Assembly (NCBI GenBank): GCA_016191235.1
Contig: JACPOZ010000001.1
Coordinates: forward strand, 6,481-70,480
Reading direction: 5' to 3'
DNA: 64,000 nt
Source of the DNA: Gammaproteobacteria bacterium
Lineage (GTDB): Bacteria > Pseudomonadota > Gammaproteobacteria > Ga0077554 > Ga007554
The notes beneath the pieces were generated by a model that searched no databases, was not told where the DNA came from, and saw nothing but the letters and a program-made list of their open reading frames with translations. This document shows positions 1 to 12,523 of this stretch, one piece after another. A program made the translations under genes and the position numbers. Numbering within the stretch: the first letter of the stretch is position 1; every line of letters begins with the position of its first letter.

Positions 1-88
1 AACAACCCGCAGACCACCTACCCCGATCCGCAATGACATCGGACGCAACAGCAAGATCTCCAGCCTGTGTACCAGCTTCGCGGCCTTC

Positions 89-814
89 TTGCTAAGCATG
101 GCCCTTGGCTCCACCGCCCTTGCTGATCCCCTGCCCCTTTTCACAGCCCGCTACACCCTGAGCAAAGCAGGCATCCCGCTGGGCGAGAACATCCGCACCC
201 TGACCAAGGCCGGCGACGGAGGGTATCTCTATCAATCGGTAACGCACGCTACCGGACTGCTCGCCAAGTTTGTAAAACAGGAAATCGTGGAACGTAGCGA
301 ATGGGCCTATGAAGGGGAGGGGCAGATCGCGCAACCTCGCCCGCTGGAATACCTCAGCCGCCGTAGCGGGAAAAGCGACAAATGGATAAAACAGATCTTC
401 AACTGGGAAAAAAACACCACCACCAATATCACCAGCAGCAAATCGTGGCATACGCCACTGCGCCCAAAAATCCAGGACAAGCTCAGCTACCAGCTTGCCA
501 TCATGAACGACCTGCAGCATGGCCGGAAAACCCTGGAATACCTGATCGCGGATAGCGACAAAATCAAGAATTACCGGTTCGTCATCCTGGGCGAAGAACG
601 GGTCAAAACAGCCATGGGAACACTGCGCACGCTAAAGATCCGGCGCACGGGCGACAGCAGAAACACTACGGTGTGGTGCGCGGTCGATTTTCATTACCTG
701 CCCGTAGTGCTGGAACAGCACGATGACGAAGATGGCTGGCTTAAAATGCAGATCGAATCAATGCAGTTCGAAGATCAGGCGCCTGAAGGGAAAAAACAAA
801 CCCCTCCAGCCTGA
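89..814 (+). CDS. DUF3108-like exported protein (N-terminus uncertain; frame is open back to nt 2, so the gene may begin outside the window)
   Basis: Signal-peptide-like start (..LLSMALGSTALA/DP). Pattern recalled for DUF3108 proteins (F.ARY.L...G...GE, later YLPVV). In-frame codons 2-88 have no stop and extend the hydrophobic leader. Confidence 0.6.
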   Translation: MLSMALGSTALADPLPLFTARYTLSKAGIPLGENIRTLTKAGDGGYLYQSVTHATGLLAKFVKQEIVERSEWAYEGEGQIAQPRPLEYLSRRSGKSDKWIKQIFNWEKNTTTNITSSKSWHTPLRPKIQDKLSYQLAIMNDLQHGRKTLEYLIADSDKIKNYRFVILGEERVKTAMGTLRTLKIRRTGDSRNTTVWCAVDFHYLPVVLEQHDDEDGWLKMQIESMQFEDQAPEGKKQTPPA

Positions 815-827
815 CCCTCCAAAAAAA

Positions 828-1394
828 TCACGCCTTCGGCAGCGTCACCCCGGTCTGCCCCTGGTATTTGCCACCACGATCCTTGTACGACGTCTCGCAC
901 ACCTCATCGGATTCCAGAAACAACATCTGGGCGACGCCTTCATTGGCATAAATCTTGGCCGGCAGGGTCGTGGTGTTGGAAAACTCCAGGGTCACATGCC
1001 CTTCCCATTCCGGCTCCAGCGGGGTCACGTTGACGATGATGCCGCAGCGCGCATAGGTGGATTTACCCAGACAGATGGTCAGCACACTGCGCGGAATACG
1101 GAAATACTCCACCGTGCGCGCCAGGGCAAAGGAGTTCGGCGGGATGATGCACACATCCGACTGCACATCGACAAAGCTGTTGGCGTCGAAATTTTTGGGA
1201 TCGACTATCGCCGAGTTGATATTGGTGAAAATCTTGAATTCATCCGCGCAACGGACATCGTACCCGTAGCTGGAAGTGCCGTAAGAAATAATCCGGCCCG
1301 CCTCGCGCTCCCGCACCTGACCCGGCTCGAACGGCTCGATCATGCCGTGCTTATCGACCATGCGCCGGATCCATTTATCAGACTTGATACTCAT
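828..1394 (-). CDS. dcd: dCTP deaminase
   Basis: 188 aa, [12 protein letters not shown]...GYDVR...[35 protein letters not shown]; full-length match to my memory of Dcd. Confidence 0.95.
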   Translation of the reverse strand: MSIKSDKWIRRMVDKHGMIEPFEPGQVREREAGRIISYGTSSYGYDVRCADEFKIFTNINSAIVDPKNFDANSFVDVQSDVCIIPPNSFALARTVEYFRIPRSVLTICLGKSTYARCGIIVNVTPLEPEWEGHVTLEFSNTTTLPAKIYANEGVAQMLFLESDEVCETSYKDRGGKYQGQTGVTLPKA

Positions 1395-1464
1395 TCAACA
1401 ACCTCTCGAACTAGGGGCAAGCCTCCTCGCCCACCCCCAAAATTATCCTAAAAAAACCCAGCCA

Positions 1465-1593
1465 TCCACGAAAGTCACGAAAAAACACGAAAACATTCAA
1501 ATATATATCGTTACTTCACTTGCCACCCATCCGGTGAATTGCTGAACCACTCCATGTTTTTGTTTTATTTCGTGACAACGTGTTTTTCGTGGA
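1465..1593. repeat. REP-like imperfect inverted repeat built from CACGAAA/TTTCGTG units
   Basis: Left arm tccacgaaagtcacgaaaaaacacgaaaacat (1465-1496) faces right arm atgtttttgttttatttcgtgacaacgtgtttttcgtgga (1554-1593), between dcd and apbC. Confidence 0.6.
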
Positions 1594-1619
1594 CAAAAAG
1601 CGGTTTTAAGGATTAAGGA

Positions 1620-2714
1620 TTATGTATTCTGAACCACGATATTGGGAAATTTGGCGGCATAATCCTTCCCACGCAACGACAGCTTGGCGGCGACGCGCCG
1701 GGCAATGTCGCGATAGATCTGCGCAATCCGCCCATCTGGATCGGCCACCACGGTGGGACGGCCACCATCGGCATCTTCACGGATGCGGATATCGAGCGGC
1801 AATGACCCCAGGAAATCCACCCCATATTGCTCGGCCATGCGCTGGCCACCACCTGAACCGAATATATGCTCTTCATGCCCGCACTGGCTGCAAATATGCG
1901 TACTCATGTTCTCGACCACGCCAAACACCGGCACCTCCACCTTTTCAAACATCTTCAGCCCGCGCCGCGCGTCCAGCAGAGCGATGTCCTGCGGCGTGGT
2001 CACGATCACCGCGCCGCTTACCGGAATCTTCTGCGTGAGGGTCAACTGCGTATCGCCCGTACCCGGAGGGAGGTCGACGATCAGGTAGTCCAGATCCCGC
2101 CAATTAGTGTCCCTCAGCAGTTGCTCCAGCGCCTGCGTAACCATCGGACCACGCCAGATCATCGGCGCCTCGTCGTCGACCAGATAGCCGATGGACATGG
2201 ACTGGATACCATAACTCATCAACGGCTCCATGGACTTGCCGTCACGCGACTCCGGGCGGGCATGAACCCCCAGCATGAGCGGCTGGCTGGGACCATATAT
2301 ATCCGCATCCAGAATCCCCACCGCCGCGCCCTCCGCCGCCAGCGCCAGCGCAAGATTCACCGCCGTGGTCGACTTGCCGACCCCACCCTTCCCGGACGCC
2401 ACAGCAATAATATTCTTCACGTTCTTCAATGGCTTAACGCCATGCTGCACAGCATGGGTGACGATCTTGGAGGACACACGCACCTCAGCGCCTTGCACAC
2501 CGCCGACCTCCTCAACCTGCTTTTTCAGCGCGGCTGTAAGCTCCTGCTGATAACCATTAGCTGGATAACCCAGCACAACATCCACGGTCACCTTGCCGCC
2601 ATCAATCGCAATCTGCTTCACGGCGTTGGCGGACACCAGATCCTGCCGCAGATAGGGATCAACAAACCCCTTGAGTGCCGCTTCTATCTGTGATTTGGAT
2701 AAATCTACTAACAC
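1620..2714 (-). CDS. apbC: Fe-S cluster carrier ATPase ApbC/Mrp
   Basis: 364 aa. N-terminal MIP18-like domain, deviant Walker A VASGKGGVGKSTTAVNLALALA, C-terminal CSQCGHEE motif. Confidence 0.9.
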   Translation of the reverse strand: MLVDLSKSQIEAALKGFVDPYLRQDLVSANAVKQIAIDGGKVTVDVVLGYPANGYQQELTAALKKQVEEVGGVQGAEVRVSSKIVTHAVQHGVKPLKNVKNIIAVASGKGGVGKSTTAVNLALALAAEGAAVGILDADIYGPSQPLMLGVHARPESRDGKSMEPLMSYGIQSMSIGYLVDDEAPMIWRGPMVTQALEQLLRDTNWRDLDYLIVDLPPGTGDTQLTLTQKIPVSGAVIVTTPQDIALLDARRGLKMFEKVEVPVFGVVENMSTHICSQCGHEEHIFGSGGGQRMAEQYGVDFLGSLPLDIRIREDADGGRPTVVADPDGRIAQIYRDIARRVAAKLSLRGKDYAAKFPNIVVQNT

Positions 2715-3019
2715 AATACCCCCTCCCGCACCCTAAACACGAGCGACTCACGAACCTTTACACAACAAGATGCTTGATAACACCTTTATACCATAGCCAA
2801 CCCATGCCGCGAAATGAAAAAACCCCCTCCGCGCGCGCTGATTGAATCTCCGCCAAAAAGTCGTCAGACCCAAAAACAGCCCGCTGAACGCTTGTATTTT
2901 CAGGAGTTCTATGTTAGAAATAATCATGTGGGCTAAGCTGCCAGCATCACACATTATTAGTAATAATAGAACAAGTAGAACGCTTAACTTTCACTCCATC
3001 AGCCAATGAGCGATGCGCC

Positions 3020-3973
3020 ATGGACAGACCACCTGCATCTGTTACGTCTGCTACAAAATCTGCCATATCGTTGGCCATGGGTCTCTTCGCGCTGATATCC
3101 GCCACGGAAGGGTACGCTGAATTTACCCTTAATTTTGCACCAAACCTGGCAGGCAGGGTAAGTCCTGGAAATCCGGACCTGGTTAGCTCCAACTTCTATG
3201 CGGTGCTGGACTGCAATCGAGGAGGAGTCAGCAGCGGCTGCACCAACAACAATGCAGGGTCCTCCACGGAAAAAACACCCTTCCTGCAGGAGGTCGTTAG
3301 CGACGGGCTTAACGGCTACTACCACCTGATTGTAGGCGACCCCACGCAGGGTTTTGCGCAGGAAACGTATATACGCCTTGGTTCGACTGTATGGCCAAAC
3401 TCACAACCCAGCAGCTCTTCCTCTGGCAGCGCGGGCCAGAGTAACGGCGGGGGGTTTTCAGCCGCAACCTCGGGGGGCAATCCTCTGGCAAGCGGCGCCA
3501 TATCCGGTTCAGGCGGCGGAAACCCGGAAAGGACTCAAATCCGGCAATTGGTAAACTCTGCGGATATGTCGCAGGAATTCCTCAAAAGCACCTTCCTCAA
3601 TAAACCGAAAATAACCCAGACGGTTACCACGAGCGATATGGTCAGCTCCTTTGAGGTTGACATGAGCGCCATCCGATACCGCGGAGCCGGCGCCACAACC
3701 ACAGACGCAGTAATCACCAATAAAGTGACGATGATTGATTCAGCGGCTTCTGGAAACTTCGATTTGGCCGTAAACAAGCAGAACTCGACCGTTACAGCCG
3801 GAAAATTTTCGTGGGCCCCGGGAACGGGCGATGGCCTCAGCAATGGAACCTATTCCTATACAAACGGTGCTTTCAATGTGAATGCCATCGATTGGAAGGT
3901 TTACTACAACCCTGCGGACAACACCTGCTGGTCGTACAGACAAAATCCAGGCAGCACCCCATGCACACCTTAG
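3020..3973 (+). CDS. hypothetical secreted protein with Ser/Gly-rich linker (no family recognised)
   Basis: 317-aa ORF. Sec-type leader ..AISLAMGLFALISATEGYA/EF, low-complexity SSSSSGSAGQSNGGGFSAATSGGNPLASGAISGSGGGN segment, two Cys near the C-terminus. Only long ORF in an otherwise empty 1.5 kb gap. Confidence 0.55.
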   Translation: MDRPPASVTSATKSAISLAMGLFALISATEGYAEFTLNFAPNLAGRVSPGNPDLVSSNFYAVLDCNRGGVSSGCTNNNAGSSTEKTPFLQEVVSDGLNGYYHLIVGDPTQGFAQETYIRLGSTVWPNSQPSSSSSGSAGQSNGGGFSAATSGGNPLASGAISGSGGGNPERTQIRQLVNSADMSQEFLKSTFLNKPKITQTVTTSDMVSSFEVDMSAIRYRGAGATTTDAVITNKVTMIDSAASGNFDLAVNKQNSTVTAGKFSWAPGTGDGLSNGTYSYTNGAFNVNAIDWKVYYNPADNTCWSYRQNPGSTPCTP

Positions 3974-4227
3974 GGTTTGTCGGCACTTAACCAAACCCAC
4001 GCCTGATCCGCAACGCGAAGCGTTGCGCGCATGTATGCGAGGTGCGACGCAGCAAGACACGCACAGGAGCCATTACCTGCCCCTCCCAGGGCTGCGCCAC
4101 ATTGTAACCCGCGCCGTTTACCTCATCTGGCGCATGCCGGACTTAACTCACACACGCCCAGGCATTCCTTGCCAATACCACACCAAACAGCGATGGAACA
4201 CGTCCCCGCACGCGCGCTTCGTCAGCC

Positions 4228-4608
4228 CTATGCCACTTGGGCCGGAATATGATTGCGGCAATGGGTGATGCGGTTGGTTTCGTTGAGGTATACCATGACG
4301 GGCTTGAAGGAAGCCACCTCATGCTGGTTTAACACCGCATAGGTGCAGATGATGACACGATCCCCCGGTTTGGCCTTGTGCGCGGCGGCGCCGTTGACGG
4401 AGATGATGCCGGTGCCTGCTTCGGCGCGGATCGCGTAGGTGGTGAAACGCTCGCCATTGGTGATGTTGTAGATCTGGATCTGCTCGTATTCGTGAATACC
4501 CGCCGCTTCCAGCAGCGTGGCGTCAATCGCGCACGATCCTTCGTACTCCAGCTCGGCGTGGGTCACGCAAGCGCGGTGCAGCTTGGACTTCAGTAAGGTG
4601 TACTGCAT
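4228..4608 (-). CDS. panD: aspartate 1-decarboxylase
   Basis: [38 protein letters not shown].. (pyruvoyl-forming G/S site present). Start moved to ATG 4608, preceded by AGGAG. The ORF-track N-terminal extension has no homology. Confidence 0.93.
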   Translation of the reverse strand: MQYTLLKSKLHRACVTHAELEYEGSCAIDATLLEAAGIHEYEQIQIYNITNGERFTTYAIRAEAGTGIISVNGAAAHKAKPGDRVIICTYAVLNQHEVASFKPVMVYLNETNRITHCRNHIPAQVA

Positions 4609-4661
4609 TTGGCAGCTCCTATGGCTATGCAGGATGCGCCAGTAGAGCCTGACGCACCCCA

Positions 4662-5543
4662 TTAGACTGATATTATGGGGTTTTGTTGCCGGTTTTTCAA
4701 TTCTATCGGCAGGTTGTCGATCAGGCGCGTCTTTCCCAGCCTGGCTGCGGCAAGGATTATCAAGGCGTGGTCCGCTACGGATGCAGGCATCAGGTCCTCC
4801 GCGCGGCGCACACTGACGTAGTCGGGACGGAAACCTGCGACGATCAACGCTTGCCCAGCCTCTGACTCAATCGCCGCGTAACCGGCCTCGCCACTCTGAA
4901 TCCGGTCTCTCGCCTGGCATAGCGCCTGATAGAGCTGAGGCGCTCGCACCCTTTCCTCTACGGTGAGATAGCTGTTGCGCGAACTCATGGCTAGCCCATC
5001 GGACTCGCGCACTGTCGGCACGCCCACAACGGTAACGGGCAGACACAGATCCGCCACCATGCGCCGGATCACCAGCAGTTGTTGATAATCCTTTTCTCCA
5101 AACAGCGCCATATCGGGCTGGACGATATTAAAAAACGTGTTGACCGCGGTGGCGACGCCAGTAAAGTGGCCGGGGCGGGACGCGCCGCACAGGATATCCG
5201 AGATCCCCGGCACCTCCACCCGTGTGGCAGCGGCAATCCCCCTGGGATAGATCTCGCCAGCCTCGGGTGCAAACAAAAGGTGCGCACCATTTTCGGCCAG
5301 TTTGATGCTATCTTCGGATAATGTGCGAGGATAGGAGGCGAAATCCTCATTTGCACCAAACTGCATGGGATTCACGAAGATACTCACCACTACGCGGTCG
5401 GCGCGGTGCCTGGCCTGATTAATCAGATGTATATGCCCAGCGTGGAGATTCCCCATGGTAGGCACAAAGGCAATGCGCTCGCCCTGGCCGCGCCACAGAC
5501 GAACCATGCTGCGCACGTCCGCGATAGTGCGAGCCGTGTGCAT
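4662..5543 (-). CDS. panC: pantoate--beta-alanine ligase
   Basis: 293 aa, ..[27 protein letters not shown].. signature. Confidence 0.95.
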   Translation of the reverse strand: MHTARTIADVRSMVRLWRGQGERIAFVPTMGNLHAGHIHLINQARHRADRVVVSIFVNPMQFGANEDFASYPRTLSEDSIKLAENGAHLLFAPEAGEIYPRGIAAATRVEVPGISDILCGASRPGHFTGVATAVNTFFNIVQPDMALFGEKDYQQLLVIRRMVADLCLPVTVVGVPTVRESDGLAMSSRNSYLTVEERVRAPQLYQALCQARDRIQSGEAGYAAIESEAGQALIVAGFRPDYVSVRRAEDLMPASVADHALIILAAARLGKTRLIDNLPIELKNRQQNPIISV

Positions 5544-6355
5544 CAGTTAAAGGTGTGCTCTGGCGCCGGGAAGGCGCCGTGCTTGACGGCCTGCACGTAA
5601 GCTGCGATGGCGGCCTGCGGGGTAAAGTTGTCCTGCATGAAGTTTTTGGAAAATTTGGGCCGTTTACCCAGCGTAATGCCCAGCATGTCATACAGCACCA
5701 GCACCTGGGCGTCGCAGCCCGGCCCGGCACCGATGCCGATCACGGGAATTTCGCTTGCGAGGGTGATTTCCGCCGCCAGGGCGGCGGGTACGCATTCCAG
5801 CAGCAGCATATCGGCGCCCGCCGCCTGTAATGCACGGGCGTCATCACGCATTACTTGCGCGGCGGAGGCTTCGCGCCCCTGCACCCGGTAGCCGCCCAGC
5901 TTATGCACCGACTGCGGCTGGAGTCCCAGGTGGGCGCACACCGGGATGCCGCGCTCGGTAAGCTGGCGCACGATATCCGCCTGTACGGCGCCCCCCTCCA
6001 GCTTGACTATATGCGCCCCACCTTCCTGCATCAAACGTGCGGCGTTGCGCAATGCCTGCTCCGGCGTGGCATAGCTCATGAATGGCATGTCCACCATCAG
6101 CAATGCGCGGCTGCGACCACGCGCCACGCAACTACTGTGATAAATAATGTCCTCAACCGTCACCGGCAAGGTGGTCTCGCGCCCCTGTACCACCATGCCC
6201 AGCGAGTCTCCCACCAGAATCACTTCAACACCCGCATCATCGATCAAACGTGCAAAGCTGGCGTCATAGGCGGTCAGGCAGGCGAATTTTTCACCCGTGC
6301 GCTTCATATCACGCAGGGTGATAAGGGTGACGGGGGGTAGAGATTGGGCATTCAT
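5543..6355 (-). CDS. panB: 3-methyl-2-oxobutanoate hydroxymethyltransferase
   Basis: [47 protein letters not shown].. Start trimmed to ATG 6355. Stop overlaps the panC start (ATGA). Confidence 0.93.
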   Translation of the reverse strand: MNAQSLPPVTLITLRDMKRTGEKFACLTAYDASFARLIDDAGVEVILVGDSLGMVVQGRETTLPVTVEDIIYHSSCVARGRSRALLMVDMPFMSYATPEQALRNAARLMQEGGAHIVKLEGGAVQADIVRQLTERGIPVCAHLGLQPQSVHKLGGYRVQGREASAAQVMRDDARALQAAGADMLLLECVPAALAAEITLASEIPVIGIGAGPGCDAQVLVLYDMLGITLGKRPKFSKNFMQDNFTPQAAIAAYVQAVKHGAFPAPEHTFN

Positions 6356-6386
6356 GACGTCATCTCCAAAAATATTCAGACAGGCT

Positions 6387-7049
6387 CTAAACAGTAAAAG
6401 GCAGGGGATTGAGGTAATGGCGCCCACCCCGAGGGGTGCGCACATGCTCTACCAGCGCATTGTAATCCTTGTCGTTTTCTGCAAAATTGGCGGTAGCGGC
6501 GTTGACGATCAGGAGCGGAGCGGCGGCATAATTGTGAAAAAATCGCGCATAGGTCTCCGCCAGGCGTTGCAGATAGGCGGACTCAATCAGCCTTTCATAA
6601 GCCAGGCCACGCTTGGCGACACGCGCCAGCAGCACTTCCACGGGTGCCTGGAGATAGATCACCAGGTCCGGTGGGGGGATGTCCAGCGTCAATTGCCGGT
6701 ATACCTGCTCATAGAGCCGCAATTCATCGTCGTCCAGGGTGAGTTGGGCAAACAGGTAATCCTTCTCCATCAAGAAATCCGCTACCCGCCCCGGCTGGGA
6801 GGTTTCCGGCAGTAATAGCGATTGGCGCAGCTCCTGCATCTGGCGTGTGCGCTGCAGCAGGAAGAACAACTGGGTTTGCAGGGCGACCTGACGTGGGTTC
6901 TGGTAAAAACGCTCAAGAAAGGGGTTGGATGAGGCATCCTCCAGCAGCAGCTCACTGCCGAAGGTCGCCGCCAGGCGCTTCACCAGACTGGTCTTGCCCA
7001 CCCCTATCGGACCCTCGACGACGATATAACCGGGCTGACCGCGCGTCAC
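6387..7049 (-). CDS. deoxynucleoside kinase family protein
   Basis: P-loop [17 protein letters not shown] and the dNK-like ..[15 protein letters not shown].. pattern. GTG 7049 overlaps the folK stop (GTGA), suggesting coupling. Confidence 0.85.
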   Translation of the reverse strand: MTRGQPGYIVVEGPIGVGKTSLVKRLAATFGSELLLEDASSNPFLERFYQNPRQVALQTQLFFLLQRTRQMQELRQSLLLPETSQPGRVADFLMEKDYLFAQLTLDDDELRLYEQVYRQLTLDIPPPDLVIYLQAPVEVLLARVAKRGLAYERLIESAYLQRLAETYARFFHNYAAAPLLIVNAATANFAENDKDYNALVEHVRTPRGGRHYLNPLPFTV

Positions 7050-7537
7050 ACCAGCACCCCGCAAGATAGCGTATCACGCGCCCGGCACGCGGCCATCAAT
7101 TGTTGTACGCCGCCCAGCCCGTAAATCTCCAGATCGGGGGCGATTTCGCACAGGGGATACAGCACAAAGCTGCGCTCTGCCAGCCGTGGGTGGGGTACGG
7201 TCAATTCTTCACTCTCCAACCGCATATCTCCGTACAATAATAAATCCAGATCAAGGGTGCGTGGCCCCCACCGCTCGGCACCGCGCACACGGCCGTGGAT
7301 GCGTTCAATCCCTTGCAGTTCCGACAACAACTGCTGTGCCGGCAGATGAGTTTCGAGCATGGCTACGGCGTTGATGTAATCCGGCTGATCGGCCTGCCCC
7401 AGCGGCGCACTGCGGTACAACGACGAATAGCGCAGGCAGCGGGTCTCGGGGATGCCGTTCAATGCAGCAAGCGCGGATTTCACCTGCCGCGCCGGATCAT
7501 TGAGGTTGCTACCCAGCCCTACATAAGCCCGAATCAC
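7046..7537 (-). CDS. folK: 2-amino-4-hydroxy-6-hydroxymethyldihydropteridine diphosphokinase
   Basis: 163 aa, MIRAYVGLGSNL..YRSAPLG..QPDYINAV..WGPRTLDLDLLLYG. Confidence 0.93.
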   Translation of the reverse strand: MIRAYVGLGSNLNDPARQVKSALAALNGIPETRCLRYSSLYRSAPLGQADQPDYINAVAMLETHLPAQQLLSELQGIERIHGRVRGAERWGPRTLDLDLLLYGDMRLESEELTVPHPRLAERSFVLYPLCEIAPDLEIYGLGGVQQLMAACRARDTLSCGVLV

Positions 7538-7544
7538 AAGCCCG

Positions 7545-9011
7545 TCACTCCGTCACTGCGCCCGTTGCAGCTGCGCCAGCCGGTTTGCGGCGCTTGCGTG
7601 GGCGGCGGCGTTTTTTGGCGGTCGCGTGGGTTTCTGAACCTGCCGCCGCCACCGGCGCGTGCAGCAGGGTCTGCCGCTCGTCGGTCGCTCCCGGCATCCT
7701 GCCTCCCGCGACACTAGCACGTCCGTGTGCGTCGGCATTCACTTCCTGAAACTTCGTCCACCACTCGCACAAGTCCAGGACATCCTCGCCCGACTCGCCT
7801 CTCAGGAGAAGGAAGTCATAGGCTGCGCGAAAACGCGGGTGCGTAAGCAGGCTCATGGGACGTTTGCCGTTGGTCTGAGTGAAGCGGGGTTGCATGGTCC
7901 AGATTTCACGCATCGGCATACTGAAACGTTTAGGCAAGGCTATGCGCTGAATCTGGCGCATGACAACTATATCGCCCGCTTCCTGAATGGCCTGGATTTC
8001 ACTTTCCCCTCCCGCCTGCAATGGCTCGGCCTGGCGGCGCATTGGACCCCACAGCAGGGCCGCGAATAAAAATGCCGGGGTCACGGGTTTTCCGGCGGCG
8101 ACACGCGCATCGGTATTGGCCAGGGCGCGCGCCACCAGTTCCGAGGGGAAGCCTTCCCGCTCCTGCGCAAGGTCATCCTCGGTCTGCGGGAACAAATGTT
8201 CGAACAGGCGATAATGGCGCAGCAGCTCGAAGGTTTCCAGGGCACAGCCGCCCATGAACAGTTTGAGCACCTCTTCATAGAGGCGAGCGGAGGGGATATC
8301 CTCCAGCAGATAGCCCAGATCAAACAGGGGATCCTCGGTGTCGGGGTGGATGCGGAAACCCAACTTGGCGGCAAAGCGCACCGCACGCAGCATGCGCACC
8401 GGGTCTTCGCGGTAACGCTGCACGGGATCGCCGATCAAGCGTATCCAGCCTGCCTTGAGGTCTTCCAGGCCGCCGGTATAGTCCACCACGGAAAAGTCGG
8501 CGATGTTGTAATACAGGGCATTGATGGTGAAATCACGCCGCCAGGCATCTTCTTCGAGCGTGCCGTAGACGTTGTCGCGCATGATGCGCCCGCTTTCGGT
8601 ATGCAGGTCTTCGCCCTTTTTCACGCTGCGAATCTCGCCTTCTTCTGCGCTGGGCACATTGGCGCGGAACGTGGCAACCTCGACAACATCACGCCCGACA
8701 CGCACATGGGCCAGCCGGAAGCGGCGCCCGATGAGATGGCAGCTACGGAACTGCTCTTGCACTTCCTCGGGATGCGCATCGGTGGCGATATCGAAATCCT
8801 TGGGTTCGCGCCCCAGCAGCATGTCGCGTACGCCGCCGCCGACCAGGTAGGCCTTATAGCCGGCATCCTTCAGACGGTAAAGCACCTTGACTGCGCTGTC
8901 GCTGATGTTGGTGCGCGAGATGGAATGGTCGGTGCGAGGTATGACTCTGGGCGTGCTTATGGTTTTCCCTGCCTTTTTCAACCTGTCATTAAAAGAATCT
9001 TGAGCATTCAT
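7545..9011 (-). CDS. pcnB: poly(A) polymerase I
   Basis: ..LKDAGYKAYLVGGGVRDMLLGREPKDFDIATDA..RRDFTINALYY.. Start set to ATG 9011 (MNAQDSF..), because the ORF-track extension to 9086 runs into the tRNA gene. Confidence 0.9.
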   Translation of the reverse strand: MNAQDSFNDRLKKAGKTISTPRVIPRTDHSISRTNISDSAVKVLYRLKDAGYKAYLVGGGVRDMLLGREPKDFDIATDAHPEEVQEQFRSCHLIGRRFRLAHVRVGRDVVEVATFRANVPSAEEGEIRSVKKGEDLHTESGRIMRDNVYGTLEEDAWRRDFTINALYYNIADFSVVDYTGGLEDLKAGWIRLIGDPVQRYREDPVRMLRAVRFAAKLGFRIHPDTEDPLFDLGYLLEDIPSARLYEEVLKLFMGGCALETFELLRHYRLFEHLFPQTEDDLAQEREGFPSELVARALANTDARVAAGKPVTPAFLFAALLWGPMRRQAEPLQAGGESEIQAIQEAGDIVVMRQIQRIALPKRFSMPMREIWTMQPRFTQTNGKRPMSLLTHPRFRAAYDFLLLRGESGEDVLDLCEWWTKFQEVNADAHGRASVAGGRMPGATDERQTLLHAPVAAAGSETHATAKKRRRPRKRRKPAGAAATGAVTE

Positions 9012-9047
9012 AATTAGCGCGTATAATACCACTTCTTTTTGCGCACC

Positions 9048-9123
9048 GCTCCCTTCGTCTAGAGGCCTAGGACGCCGCCCTCTCACGGCAGCAACAGGGG
9101 TTCGAATCCCCTAGGGAGCGCCA
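9048..9123 (+). tRNA. tRNA-Glu (anticodon CUC)
   Basis: GCTCCCTTCGTCTAGAGGCCTAGGACGCCGCCCTCTCACGGCAGCAACAGGGGTTCGAATCCCCTAGGGAGCGCCA. Perfect 7-bp acceptor stem, D and T arms fold, loop C-T-CTC-A-C, encoded CCA. One C-A mismatch in the anticodon stem. TATAAT at 9022-9027 upstream. Confidence 0.85.
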
Positions 9124-9160
9124 CACTATGCATCCGCCGTTGGCGGGTGTACTGGCATAG

Positions 9161-11187
<2,027 letters not shown>

Positions 11188-11188
<1 letters not shown>

Positions 11189-12480
11189 TGGCAGCGCGTT
11201 CCTCCCTGGCCACTGGCGTGTCACGCCGCGAAGTGTGGGCGTGGGCGATGTACGACTTCGCCAATTCGGGCTACACCACGGTCGTCATCACCGCCATCTT
11301 CAACGCCTATTTCGTCTCGGTGGTGGCGGGCAACCAAGACTGGGCGACGTTTGCCTGGACAGCGGCGCTGGCGGTCTCGTACTTCCTGGTCATGCTGACA
11401 GCGCCGGTGCTGGGCGCCTATGCCGATGCCTACGCCGCCAAGAAAAAACTGCTGCTTTTTACCACCGCAGGTTGCGTACTGGGCACCGCCGGACTTGCAT
11501 TCGCCGGTCCCGGCAATCTGGCGCTCGCCATCGTATTCATCGTGCTTTCCAATTTCTTTTTCGGCAGCGGCGAGAATCTCATCGCCGCCTTTCTCCCCGA
11601 ACTAGCGCGCAGCCGCAGCCTGGGCAAGGTATCCGGCTGGGGCTGGAGCCTGGGCTATATGGGCGGCCTGATCAGCCTGGGGTTATCGCTTGCTTATGTG
11701 AGCTGGGCGCAAGCGCGCGGCGACCAGGCGTCTTCGTTTGTGCCCGTGACCATGCTGATCACCGCCGGGCTGTTTGCCCTGGCCAGCCTGCCAACGTTCC
11801 TGTTCCTGCGCGAGCGCGCCATCCCCCAGCCGCACCCGCCGGGCCGCAGCCTGATTGGCGAGGCATTCGCACGCTTCGGCGCAACCATCAAACACGCACG
11901 CCGCTACCGTGACCTGCGACGCTTTTTGATATGCACGGTATTTTACGCGGCGGGCATCAATACGGTTATTACCCTCGCCGCGATATACGCCCAGCAGGTA
12001 ATGCGCTTTGATACCCAACAGACCTTGTTGCTGGTCATGGTGGTCAACATCACCGCCGCTGGCGGGGCCTTTCTGTTTGGCTACATCCAGGACCGCCTCG
12101 GCCATGTCCCCACGCTTGCCCTGACCCTGCTGGGCTGGCTCGTCATGATTGCGCTGGCGTGGGCAGCACAGGGGCCAGGTTTATTCTGGGCCGCCGCCAA
12201 CGTGGCCGGACTGTGCATGGGCGCCAGCCAATCGGCGGGCCGCGCCCTGGTGGGCCTACTCGCCCCCGCCGCGCGCCACGCCGAATTTTTCGGCCTGTGG
12301 GGTTTGGCGGTCAAACTCTCCGCCATCTTTGGCCCGATCACCTATGGCCTAGTAAGCTGGCTATCCGGTGGAGACCACCGCCTCGCCATGCTCATCACCG
12401 GCGGCTATTTCGTGCTGGGATTGTTGATCCTCGCGGGAGTAGATGTAAAACGCGGGCGGCGCGCGGCATTGCGCAAGTAA
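11188..12480 (+). CDS. MFS transporter, UMF1/Atg22-like family
   Basis: ..VWAWAMYDFANSGYTTVVITAIFNAYFV.. N-terminal signature and about 12 hydrophobic segments. ATG 11188 overlaps the ligA stop (TGATG). Confidence 0.85.
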
Positions 12481-12523
12481 AAGCACCCAGCGCCTACAAG
12501 AGTTGATCAGGCCGCCAAGCAGG

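Noticed and set aside
9012-9086. N-terminal extensions offered by the ORF track: pcnB to 9086, panD to 4662, panB to 6445, nrtA to 50604, sixA from 30524, the CHAD gene from 31123, and PEP-CTERM genes from 26281, 27897 and 29743
   Set aside because: The extensions overlap a tRNA, upstream genes, terminators or leaders, and lack homology. Internal ATG/GTG codons with better RBS spacing coincide with the conserved protein N-termini.
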